Source of the DNA: Acidobacteriota bacterium
GTDB lineage: Bacteria; Acidobacteriota; Polarisedimenticolia; Gp22-AA2; AA152
Direction of reading: 5' to 3'
Assembly (NCBI GenBank): GCA_022616665.1
Contig: JAKEFJ010000059.1
Location: forward strand, 25,276 to 89,275
Length of the DNA: 64,000 nucleotides
Position 1 is the stretch's first letter, and every line of letters starts with the position of its first letter. Both the position numbers and the translations under genes were made by a program. The notes beneath the pieces were generated by a model. The model had not been told where the DNA came from and ran no database searches. It worked only from the letters and a program-made list of their open reading frames with translations. Shown piece by piece: positions 45,232 through 53,674 of the stretch.

Positions 45232-46359
45232 ATGAGCGCCGCGGTTCCCTTCCTGGACCTCAAAGCACAATACCGGGCCCACCGTGAAGCTATCGACGCC
45301 GCCATGTCGAGGGTGGTGGATTCGGCCTCTTTCATCCTGAGCTCTGAGGTTGAGCAGTTCGAGACGGCCTTCGCCGGCTACTGCGGAGTCCGCCATGTGG
45401 TCGGGGTCGGTACCGGCCTCGACGCCCTGCGCCTGATTCTCCTGGAGGAGGGGATCGGGCCCGGGGATGAAGTTATCGTCCCGGCCAACACCTTTATCGC
45501 CACGGCTCTCGCCGTTTCGGCCGTAGGGGCCCGACCGGTCCTGGTGGATTGTCGCAAGGAGGACTCCTCCATCGACCCGGTCCAGGCCGAGGCGCGGGTC
45601 ACGCCTCGAACTCGAGCGCTCCTGCCAGTTCACCTCTACGGTTTGCCGGCGCCCATGGATGAATTGCGCCGCATCGCTGAGCGCGGCTCGATCCTTCTCG
45701 TGGAGGATGCGTGCCAGGCCCACGGTGCGCGCACACTGGAGGGAAAGCGCTGCGGCAGTCTCGGAACGGCGGCAGCATTCTCCTTCTATCCCGGCAAGAA
45801 TCTGGGGGCCTACGGCGATGGCGGCGCGATCGCCACCCAGGATGACGAGCTCGCGGCGCGATTGCGCCTCCGAAGGAACTACGGTCAGTCGGTGAAGTAC
45901 CATCATGCGGTCGCGGGCGAAAACTGCCGCCTGGACGGATTGCAGGCCGCCATCCTTCACGCGAAGCTGGGTTTCCTGGATAGCTGGAACGAGCAGCGCC
46001 GGAGGGTCGCGCACCGGTACTGCGAGGCCCTCAAGGATTCACCCGTCACTCCCCCCGCGGCGGATCAGGTCCCGCGCTCGGTCTGGCATCTCTTCGTGGT
46101 CCAGGTGGAAGACAGGGAGGGATTTCAGGCGCACCTCCGGCAGCGCGGCGTCGAGACGGGGATCCACTATCCGGTGCCGATCCACCTCCAGCCAGCCTAT
46201 GCCCATCTGGGCTATTCCCGGGGAGATTTTCCGGTGGCGGAATCGCTCGCGCAACGAATCGTCAGCCTGCCCATCTATCCGGAGATGACCGATGTCCAGA
46301 TCGAAACGGTCATTGACGCGGTGCTCTCCTGGTCTCCGGCGCCCATCTCCAGGCGATGA
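45232..46359 (+). CDS. DegT/DnrJ/EryC1-family PLP-dependent nucleotide-sugar aminotransferase (WbpE/WlbC-like)
   Basis: FLDLKAQYRAHREAIDAAMSRVVDSASFILSSEVEQFE, VVGVGTGLDAL, FSFYPGKNLGAYGDGG (Lys block); 375 aa. Confidence 0.85.
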   Translation: MSAAVPFLDLKAQYRAHREAIDAAMSRVVDSASFILSSEVEQFETAFAGYCGVRHVVGVGTGLDALRLILLEEGIGPGDEVIVPANTFIATALAVSAVGARPVLVDCRKEDSSIDPVQAEARVTPRTRALLPVHLYGLPAPMDELRRIAERGSILLVEDACQAHGARTLEGKRCGSLGTAAAFSFYPGKNLGAYGDGGAIATQDDELAARLRLRRNYGQSVKYHHAVAGENCRLDGLQAAILHAKLGFLDSWNEQRRRVAHRYCEALKDSPVTPPAADQVPRSVWHLFVVQVEDREGFQAHLRQRGVETGIHYPVPIHLQPAYAHLGYSRGDFPVAESLAQRIVSLPIYPEMTDVQIETVIDAVLSWSPAPISRR

Positions 46360-47123
46360 ACCAAACGACGGACCGCATCCCACTGTCCGTCAGCGTCGTG
46401 GTGCCCGTCTACAATGAATCCAGCACGGTCGAGCGGGAGGTGCGCAAGATCCACGCCTTTCTTGAAGACCGATTCGCGGGCAGCGAGATAATCCTGGTGG
46501 ACGACGGGTCGACGGACGGGTCAGCTGCCGTTCTCGACGCCATCGCGAAGGATCTGCCGCGGGTGCGGCTCTTGCGCCATCCGCGCAACCTCGGGATTGG
46601 AGCGGCGGTCATGAACGGATACGCGGCCGCCACCCAAAACGCCGTGACCTATTTCCCCGCCGATTCGCAGGCTGAAATCTCCGATATCGCCGAGTTTGCC
46701 CTTCACCTGTCGCCCGGGGTGGATGTCGTGCTCGGCTACCGGTCCGACCGTCGTGACTATTCGCTAGTTCGGCTCGGTTATTCCTACCTGAACCTCGTCT
46801 TGCACGCCCTGCTCTTCGGTCGGATTTACCGGGACGTGAACTGGATCCACCTCGTGCGCCGCGACGCCCTGCTCCGCATCAGCGTCGCCTCACGCAGCGC
46901 GTTCATGGGAGGCGAGATGCTGGAGAAAATCCGTCGGACGGGAGGTCGAATCGTCGAAAAACCCGCCCGATACAACCCGCGGACCGAGGGGAGAACCCAC
47001 GTCGGGAACCTGCGGGGAGCGCGAGCCGCTCTCAGGGACATGCTTCGCCTTCGCATCGATCTCTGGGTGCGTCCCCGGGCGGCCCTGAGACCCGTGGCTG
47101 CCTGCAGACGGGAGGCCTCTTGA
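46356..47123 (+). CDS. GT2 polyprenyl-phosphate sugar synthase-like (DPM1/GtrB/ArnC-type catalytic domain, no TM tail)
   Basis: ATGA overlap with degT. VSVVVPVYNESS, LVDDGSTDGS, RNLGIGAAVMNGY, FPADSQ (DXD-equivalent); 255 aa. Confidence 0.8.
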   Translation: MNQTTDRIPLSVSVVVPVYNESSTVEREVRKIHAFLEDRFAGSEIILVDDGSTDGSAAVLDAIAKDLPRVRLLRHPRNLGIGAAVMNGYAAATQNAVTYFPADSQAEISDIAEFALHLSPGVDVVLGYRSDRRDYSLVRLGYSYLNLVLHALLFGRIYRDVNWIHLVRRDALLRISVASRSAFMGGEMLEKIRRTGGRIVEKPARYNPRTEGRTHVGNLRGARAALRDMLRLRIDLWVRPRAALRPVAACRREAS

Positions 47124-48154
47124 TCCGGATTGGAATCCTCGGACTGGGACACTGGGGCCCCAACCATTTGCGCACGTTCAGCTCCCTTCCGGACTGCGCC
47201 GTCCTCAAAGCCGCGGATCTCCAAGAGTCGCGCCTACGGGCTCTGGCTCCTTCCTTCCCCCAAACGGAATTCGTGTCGGACGTGCGGGAGGTTCTCGAGG
47301 GAGACGGCGTGGATGCCGTGGTCATCGCCACCCCGACCGGGAGCCATTTCAAGCTTGCCCATGCCGCCCTCTCCGCTGGCAAGGATGTCCTTTGCGAGAA
47401 GCCGTTGACGTTGACCGCGCGCGAGTCGCGAACTCTGGTGACCATGGCGCGATCACGGGGGCGGATTCTGATGGTGGGTCATGTATTCCTGTTCAACGCG
47501 GGAATCCTGTGGCTGAAGAGCTACCTGGACAGCGGGGGAGCGGGTCGCATTCTCTATGTTCATGCCACCAGGACGAATCTGGGGCCCATCCGCAGCGACG
47601 TCAACGCGGCCTTTGACCTCGCCTCGCATGACATCTCCATCCTGAATTTTCTTCTGGGGGGAGTTCCCCTCGCCGTGAATGCCACCGGCCAGTCGTATCT
47701 GTCTCCCCGCGTCGAGGACGTGGTTTTCGTGAGCCTGGTCTACCCCGGGGATGTTCTGGCCAATGTGCACGTCTCCTGGCTCGATCCAAAAAAAGTGCGG
47801 GAAATCACGGTGGTTGGCGAGAAGCGAATGGTTGTGTGGAATGATCTCTCCGCCGAGGGGCCGATCACGGTCTACGACAAGGGAGTCATCCGGGAGCCCT
47901 ACTATTCGGACTACGGGGAATTCAATCTGCTCGTGCGCCAGGGGGAGATCTCGATCCCTCACGTGAAACAGTACGAACCGGTGCGGGCGCAGGCGGTCCA
48001 CTTCGTGGATTGCATCAAAGAGCGGAAGTCCCCTCGAGCCGACGGCGAAGGGGGACTCGCTGTGGTCCGCGTCCTGGAGGCGGTGGAAAAATCCCTCACC
48101 GCCAACGGGAGAAGAGTCATGCTGCGGAAGCAGGCAGGGAGAGGCCGCCGGTGA
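47120..48154 (+). CDS. Gfo/Idh/MocA-family NAD-dependent oxidoreductase (WbpB/WlbA-like)
   Basis: TTGA overlap with the upstream gene. IRIGILGLGHWG Rossmann start, VLCEKPL motif; 344 aa. Confidence 0.8.
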   Translation: MIRIGILGLGHWGPNHLRTFSSLPDCAVLKAADLQESRLRALAPSFPQTEFVSDVREVLEGDGVDAVVIATPTGSHFKLAHAALSAGKDVLCEKPLTLTARESRTLVTMARSRGRILMVGHVFLFNAGILWLKSYLDSGGAGRILYVHATRTNLGPIRSDVNAAFDLASHDISILNFLLGGVPLAVNATGQSYLSPRVEDVVFVSLVYPGDVLANVHVSWLDPKKVREITVVGEKRMVVWNDLSAEGPITVYDKGVIREPYYSDYGEFNLLVRQGEISIPHVKQYEPVRAQAVHFVDCIKERKSPRADGEGGLAVVRVLEAVEKSLTANGRRVMLRKQAGRGRR

Positions 48155-48753
48155 CAAGGAAAGCCGCGGCCAGGGCCTTCATCCATCCGCTCGCAGTGGT
48201 CGAGACCCGGAGGATAGGCGCAGGCACGCGGGTATGGGCCTATGCCCATGTGATGGCCCAGTGTCGAATCGGGAAGGGGTGCAATATCGGGGAGGGCGTC
48301 TTCGTGGAGACCAGCTACCCGATCGGGGACCATTGCGTGATCAAGAATGGCGTGGCGGTCTGGGAAAAGGTCCGACTGGAAGATCGCGTATTCATTGGTC
48401 CGGCAGCAGTCTTTACCAACGATCGAATTCCGCGCGCCGACCCCCGGTTCAAGAGACCGGCGGCGCTGTGGGAGACAACCCGCGTCAGAACTGGCGCCTC
48501 GGTCGGTGCCAACGCGACCATCGTCAGTGGAGCGACGCTGGGTCGCTGGTGTCTGGTGGGTGCGGGGGCGGTCGTGACCCGCGATGTCGGCGATCACGTC
48601 CTGGTTCTGGGAAATCCCGCTAGGCCTGCAGGCTATGTCTGCGAGTGCGGCCTGAGACTTTCTGCCAATCTGGATTGCCAGTGTGGGCGGCGATATCGCA
48701 GGAGGGGGAGGGGACTGGCGCTCCGGGGCAGGAGGCGCCGGAACGCTCCTTGA
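48151..48753 (+). CDS. Left-handed beta-helix N-acetyltransferase (WbpD/WlbB-like)
   Basis: GTGA overlap with the upstream gene (ORF-track start 48010 is an over-extension). IHPLAVVE..RIGAGTRVWAYAHV...IGKGCNIGEGVFVE...VKLEDRVFIGPAAVFTNDRIPRA hexapeptide pattern, as I recall for WlbB/WbpD. Arg-rich C-terminal tail. Confidence 0.8.
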   Translation: MTRKAAARAFIHPLAVVETRRIGAGTRVWAYAHVMAQCRIGKGCNIGEGVFVETSYPIGDHCVIKNGVAVWEKVRLEDRVFIGPAAVFTNDRIPRADPRFKRPAALWETTRVRTGASVGANATIVSGATLGRWCLVGAGAVVTRDVGDHVLVLGNPARPAGYVCECGLRLSANLDCQCGRRYRRRGRGLALRGRRRRNAP

Positions 48754-48799
48754 CAGGTGGGAGGCCTTCTTCCTAACATGACGTCTCGGAGCCCTCTGC

Positions 48800-49294
48800 T
48801 TGAGCCCACGCCGCTTCTCCTGGTTGGAATCTCTCAAGTTGTCCTTAATCCCGCCGCTGGCGTCGATCTGGATTCGGCTGACCCGCGCCACCATGAGGAT
48901 TCGCCGCGAAAACTTCGGACCTCTGAATGCCTTGTCCCGAAGCGGCAAGCCGTGCATTCTTGCCTTCTGGCACGGCCGAATGTTCCTGATGCCCTATTCC
49001 TATATGGGAACGCGCGTCACCATTCTCGTCAGCGAGCATCGGGACGGTGAGTACATCAGCCGGACCATGGCGCGCTTCGGTTTCACGACGGCCCGGGGAA
49101 GCTCCACCCGGAGCGGAGCCATCGGGTTGAGGGAAATCCTCCGGGCCCTGAAGCGAGGTGACGATGCCGCCTTCACGCCCGATGGTCCACGCGGGCCGCG
49201 GGAGACGGTCCAGCCGGGTGTGATCGCGGCGGCGCGCCTGAGCGGTGCCGCAATAGTTCCAGTGACTTTCGCCTGCTCAAAAAAAAACTTCTAA
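48800..49294 (+). CDS. DUF374-family (lysophospholipid acyltransferase-like) protein; ORF as read is truncated, with the homologous C-terminus continuing in another frame to 49482
   Basis: FWHGRMFLMPY, SEHRDGEYISRTMARFGF, ARGSSTRSGAIGLREILRALKRGDDAAFTPDGPRGP are DUF374 blocks. The frame stops at TAA 49292-49294 just after an A9 run. See the finding at 49277-49482. Confidence 0.75.
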   Translation: MSPRRFSWLESLKLSLIPPLASIWIRLTRATMRIRRENFGPLNALSRSGKPCILAFWHGRMFLMPYSYMGTRVTILVSEHRDGEYISRTMARFGFTTARGSSTRSGAIGLREILRALKRGDDAAFTPDGPRGPRETVQPGVIAAARLSGAAIVPVTFACSKKNF

Positions 49295-49478
49295 ATTCGT
49301 GGGATCGTTTCCTGATCCCCCTCCCTTTCGGCCGCGGGCTGTTCCTGTACGGTTCTCCCATCTACGTGAAGCGGGACGCCTCCCTGGCGGAGCAGGAGGA
49401 AGCGAGGCTGCTCCTGGAAACGGAGCTCCGCAGGCTGACTTCCGAGGCGGAGGCACGAATGGCTGAACGGGCCGGGAC

Positions 49479-50669
49479 ATGAAGGGGCAGGCTCGACGAA
49501 TTCTACTGGTGGCGGGGGAAGCGTCAGGAGATCTTTATGGGTCCATCCTGGTTCGCTCCTTGCGAGCGCTTGATTCAGATATCGGCTTTGCAGGAATTGG
49601 CGGCCCCCGCATGCGGGAGGCCGGTGTGGAACTCTTCGCCGACTCCAGGGAATTGGCGGTGGTGGGGCTGACCGAGGTGATTTCCCACTGGAAACCCATT
49701 CGAGCCGCCTTTCACCGCGCCGTGAACGAGCTGCGCGAGGTGCCGCCGGACTTGCTGCTGCTCATCGACTATCCCGATTTCAACCTGCGATTGGCCCGCC
49801 GGGCGCGGGACCGTGGAATTCCAGTGGTCTATTTCATCAGTCCGCAGGTGTGGGCCTGGCGAAAGTCCCGGTTGCAGGCCATCGCCCGAAACGTCACGAA
49901 AATGCTGGTGATCCTGCCGTTCGAAGAGGACATCTATCGCAAAGCCGGAGTCCCGGTTCAATTCGTGGGACATCCGCTGTTGGACATCCTCCCGCCGCCC
50001 ATGGAGAAGAGCCTGGCGCGAACAGCGCTCGGCCTCGATCCCGATCGGAGAATCGTGGGCTTGCTGCCAGGGAGCAGGCGCCGCGAGCTTGAGGCCCACC
50101 TGCCCATCATGCTGGAAAGCGCCAAGCTTCTGAAGGAGCGTGTGGGAGATTTTCAATGCTTGATTCCACTGGCATCCACTCTCCAGGCGTCGGAGTTTCG
50201 GCCTCATCTCGAGCGGCGCTCGGGACTCCCCGACCCCATCCTCGTGCAGGGAAGACTCTACGAGGCGCTCGGCGCTATGGACGCTGCAGTGATAAAATCA
50301 GGAACGGCCACACTGGAGGCGGCACTCATGGGAGTTCCCATGGTGGTTGTCTACCGGACAAGCGCGCTCACGTACGCCCTGGCCTCGCTGCTGGCCGACG
50401 TGCCGCACGTGGGACTCGTGAACATCGTGGCGGGTGAGCGCCTCGTGCCGGAGAAGGTTCAAGGGAGTTTCACTCCAACCATTGTTGCGTCGTCGTTGGA
50501 AAGTTTTCTTACCGCCGATCCCAAGTCCGCCGGTGAGCTTCGCGCCAAGCTGATCGCCCTGCGCCAGAGACTGGGAAGTCCCGGTTGTTTTGAGCGCGCG
50601 GCCGAGGCTAGTCTTCAGGTGCTGCACAGGCCCGCTCCTGGGCCAGGAGAAATTCCCACCCATGATTAA
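49479..50669 (+). CDS. lpxB: Lipid-A-disaccharide synthase
   Basis: ILLVAGEASGDLYGS..., IGGPRMREAGVE, DYPDFNLRLAR, YFISPQVWAWRKSR, TATLEAALMGVPMVVVYR; 396 aa. Confidence 0.9.
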   Translation: MKGQARRILLVAGEASGDLYGSILVRSLRALDSDIGFAGIGGPRMREAGVELFADSRELAVVGLTEVISHWKPIRAAFHRAVNELREVPPDLLLLIDYPDFNLRLARRARDRGIPVVYFISPQVWAWRKSRLQAIARNVTKMLVILPFEEDIYRKAGVPVQFVGHPLLDILPPPMEKSLARTALGLDPDRRIVGLLPGSRRRELEAHLPIMLESAKLLKERVGDFQCLIPLASTLQASEFRPHLERRSGLPDPILVQGRLYEALGAMDAAVIKSGTATLEAALMGVPMVVVYRTSALTYALASLLADVPHVGLVNIVAGERLVPEKVQGSFTPTIVASSLESFLTADPKSAGELRAKLIALRQRLGSPGCFERAAEASLQVLHRPAPGPGEIPTHD

Positions 50670-51546
50670 GAGCATGACTGGCTTCGGTAGGGGCGAGGCC
50701 GGCAACCCACTGGTTCGGATGGAAGTCGAAATCCGCGGCGTGAATCATCGCTTCCTGGAGATTCGCTTCAGGATGCCTCAGGAAATGTCGGACCTGGAGG
50801 CCGAGCTTCGGCAGCAAGTCTCCCAAGTAGCCCGCAGAGGGCGAGTGGACATCTGGGTGGAGCGGGTCAAAGGCGTGGATCCCGAAGCCCTTGTCACTAT
50901 CAATCGAGGTGTGGTGGCGGGGTACCTGGAGGCGGCGGGGAGAATCGGAACGGAGTTCTCCCTTCCCGGCAGCCTGGATCTGCAAGCCATCCTCGCACTC
51001 CCGGGGGCCGTTCGTGTCGAATTCCGCCGCGATGGCGGGGGAAACGAGGAGAAGGTCCTGTTTCGCGAAGCTCTGGCGCAGGCTCTGGAGGCCTTCGACG
51101 AAGCCCGTACCCAAGAAGGAGGAAAACTGGCTCAAGACTTGCGGTCTCGACTCTCAGGCCTGGTTGGAGATCTGGCAGGGATCCGTGCAGCAGCCCAGCG
51201 TTCACTTCCGGAAGTCCAGGAGAAGATTCGCAAGCGAATGGATTCGCTACTCGAAGGAGTGCCGCTGGATCCGGGCCGACTGGCCCAGGAAGCTGCTTAT
51301 CTTGCAGGACGCAGCGATATCGCCGAGGAGATGGTGCGCCTTTCGGCGCACCTCGCCAAGGCCCAGGAAAGCCTTCAGTCACCCGACGGTCCGGTAGGGA
51401 AGCCGCTGGATTTTCTCGTTCAGGAGCTGCACCGCGAAGTGAACACCATCGCATCCAAGTCCGAAAGCTTGGAAATCTCCCAAGTCGCCCTGCGCATGAA
51501 GGGGGAGGTGGAAAGGATTCGAGAGCAGGTGCAAAACCTTGAGTAG
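50662..51546 (+). CDS. yicC: YicC-family protein (UPF0701)
   Basis: ATG 50662 (ORF-track start 50590 overlaps lpxB). MIKSMTGFGRGEA N-terminus, EIRGVNHRFLE, C-terminal QELHREVNTIASKS and VERIREQVQNLE. Confidence 0.85.
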   Translation: MIKSMTGFGRGEAGNPLVRMEVEIRGVNHRFLEIRFRMPQEMSDLEAELRQQVSQVARRGRVDIWVERVKGVDPEALVTINRGVVAGYLEAAGRIGTEFSLPGSLDLQAILALPGAVRVEFRRDGGGNEEKVLFREALAQALEAFDEARTQEGGKLAQDLRSRLSGLVGDLAGIRAAAQRSLPEVQEKIRKRMDSLLEGVPLDPGRLAQEAAYLAGRSDIAEEMVRLSAHLAKAQESLQSPDGPVGKPLDFLVQELHREVNTIASKSESLEISQVALRMKGEVERIREQVQNLE

Positions 51547-52219
51547 GAGCCGCAGAGCGGCAATCGGAAGCGGTGACAACCAGGGAGGTGGCGGCGGGCG
51601 AAAGGGAGTCCTGCTGGTGCTTTCGGGTCCCAGTGGAGTGGGTAAGTCGACTCTTTGCCAGAAGCTTCTGCGAAACGTGCGAGGGCTGGAGTTTTCCATC
51701 TCATATACCACCAGGCCTCCCCGTCCGGGGGAGCGAGCGGGGGTGGATTATCACTTCATCTCGGAAGCGGATTTTCTGCGACTCAGAAAACGCAAGCGAT
51801 TCCTGGAATGGGCCCTGGTGGACGGGCATTACTACGGGACGTCCAAGGATCAGGCTGCGCAGGCGCTACGGCGCGGAGCAGACATCTTGCTGGACATCGA
51901 CACGCAGGGCGCGGAGCAAGTCCGAAGTCAGTTTCGGGATGCTGTCCTGATCTTCGTCCTTCCGCCGGGCCCTGCCTCCCTTCGGGCTCGCCACCAGCGG
52001 CGCGGAACCGAGCCGCAGGTCCGGGAGCGGCGCCTCAGATTGGCTCGACGGGAAGTTCTGGGGTCAAAGAGGTATGATTATCTCGTGTTCAACGACCAGC
52101 TCGAGAGTGCGTTTCAGGACCTGAAGGGGATTATCCTGGCCGAACGATGCCGGTCAAAACGACAACTCCCCCGAGCCAGGAAGGTCCTTCAGGCCTTCCG
52201 GAAGGTTGCACAGGGCTGA
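51539..52219 (+). CDS. gmk: Guanylate kinase
   Basis: VLSGPSGVGKSTL P-loop, SYTTRPPRPGE, GHYYGT, DIDTQGA. TTG start overlaps the yicC stop; the N-terminal Gly-rich ~20 aa are uncertain. Confidence 0.9.
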   Translation: MSRSRRAAIGSGDNQGGGGGRKGVLLVLSGPSGVGKSTLCQKLLRNVRGLEFSISYTTRPPRPGERAGVDYHFISEADFLRLRKRKRFLEWALVDGHYYGTSKDQAAQALRRGADILLDIDTQGAEQVRSQFRDAVLIFVLPPGPASLRARHQRRGTEPQVRERRLRLARREVLGSKRYDYLVFNDQLESAFQDLKGIILAERCRSKRQLPRARKVLQAFRKVAQG

Positions 52220-52245
52220 AGCCCCCCCAAGAAGGAGCAGAGTTC

Positions 52246-52482
52246 ATGGAAATCCAGTCCTTGGAAAACAAGTTCAAATTCATCAGCATTGCTGCGGCTC
52301 GCTGCCAGCAACTGCAGCGAGGGGCCCGACCCCGGGTGGACAGCAAGTCACACAAGCCCACCACCGTCGCCCAGGAGGAGGTGCGTCAAGGACTCGTGGC
52401 GGCCCGCGAGCCCGACGTCCCGCACGAGCCGGGACAGGATTCTGAAATCCAGACGCAACCCGAAGGGACCGATGTCGGATAA
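52246..52482 (+). CDS. rpoZ: DNA-directed RNA polymerase subunit omega
   Basis: ATG 52246 preceded by GAAGGAG. NKFKFISIAAARCQQLQRG matches the omega core (xYxLvxxAAxRAxQL). Conserved gmk-rpoZ synteny. Confidence 0.85.
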   Translation: MEIQSLENKFKFISIAAARCQQLQRGARPRVDSKSHKPTTVAQEEVRQGLVAAREPDVPHEPGQDSEIQTQPEGTDVG

Positions 52483-53674
52483 ACCCCAGCGCGAGATTGC
52501 CCTGGGCATCAGCGGGGGCATCGGTGCCTACAAGACGCCGGAGCTGGTACGGGAGCTGGTGCGCTCGGGGGTGAAGGTCACGGCGATTCTCACGCGCAAC
52601 GCCGAGGCCTTCGTCGCGCCGTTAACCCTGCAGACTCTCACTGGAGAACCGGTCATCCGGGGTCTTTACGATCTCTCCGGCAACACCGATGTGGAGCACA
52701 TCGCGCTCTCGAGGCGCATCGGGCTTCTAGCGGTGGCTCCGGCTACCGCCGCCACCCTGGCCCGTTTCGCCCAGGGTCTGGCGCAGGACTTCTTGTCGAC
52801 TTTCTTCCTGGCGGTTTCCTGCCCGGTTTTGGTCGCTCCCTCCATGAATACGCGGATGTGGCTGCACCCGGCGACGCAGGCCAACCTGACTCTCCTCCGG
52901 AGCCGAGGAGTCCGCGTGTTGGAGCCGAGCGTTGGGGAGCTGGCCTGCGGGGAGACGGGGAGCGGCCGACTGCCGGAGCCGCGAGACATCGCTGCGGAGA
53001 TCATGAGACTCTTGGATCGCAGGGAAAGCTGGTCGGGAGAGACGGTGCTCGTCACCGCCGGCCCGACGCGGGAATACCTGGACCCCGCCCGGATTCTGAC
53101 CAACCCCTCCAGCGGACGGATGGGGTATGCGGTGGCGGAGGAGGCTCTCCTTCGCGGCGCGAAGGTCATCCTGGTGACGGGGCCCTCATCGCTGAACGAA
53201 CCGTGGGGAGCTGAAGTAGTCCGGGTCGAAACCACAGAAGAGATGCGAACTGCCGTGATGGAAGCTCTGCCGCGCTCAACCTGGGTCATCAAGGCGGCCG
53301 CTCCAGCCGATTTCCGTCCCAGGCGCCTGTCCCGAGAAAAGTCCCCCAAAGACAGCCTCACTCAGTTGGACCTGGAGGCGACTCCGGACATCCTCGCCGA
53401 AATCTCACGCCGCAAGAACGGGCAAAAGGTGGTAGGTTTCTCGACCGGGACCAGTGACTATTTGGAAGCGGCGCGCCGGAAAATGCACGAGAAGGGCCTG
53501 GATCTCGTGGTGGCGAACCGGGTGGATGAGCCGGGGGCCGGCTTCGGCGCGCCGACCAATCGAGTGGTTATTCTCGGCGCCGACGGATCTCAGGAAGTAT
53601 TGCCTCTCCTTCCCAAGAGGGAGGTGGCGGCCCGACTGCTGGATCGTCTCGAGTTGTTGCGGACTCCCATTTGA
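52472..53674 (+). CDS. coaBC: Bifunctional phosphopantothenoylcysteine decarboxylase / phosphopantothenate-cysteine ligase
   Basis: ATG 52472 (ORF-track 52289 over-extended). IALGISGGIGAYKTPELVR flavoprotein domain and VLVTAGPTREYLDPARILTNPSSGRMG ligase domain; 400 aa. Confidence 0.9.
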   Translation: MSDKPQREIALGISGGIGAYKTPELVRELVRSGVKVTAILTRNAEAFVAPLTLQTLTGEPVIRGLYDLSGNTDVEHIALSRRIGLLAVAPATAATLARFAQGLAQDFLSTFFLAVSCPVLVAPSMNTRMWLHPATQANLTLLRSRGVRVLEPSVGELACGETGSGRLPEPRDIAAEIMRLLDRRESWSGETVLVTAGPTREYLDPARILTNPSSGRMGYAVAEEALLRGAKVILVTGPSSLNEPWGAEVVRVETTEEMRTAVMEALPRSTWVIKAAAPADFRPRRLSREKSPKDSLTQLDLEATPDILAEISRRKNGQKVVGFSTGTSDYLEAARRKMHEKGLDLVVANRVDEPGAGFGAPTNRVVILGADGSQEVLPLLPKREVAARLLDRLELLRTPI

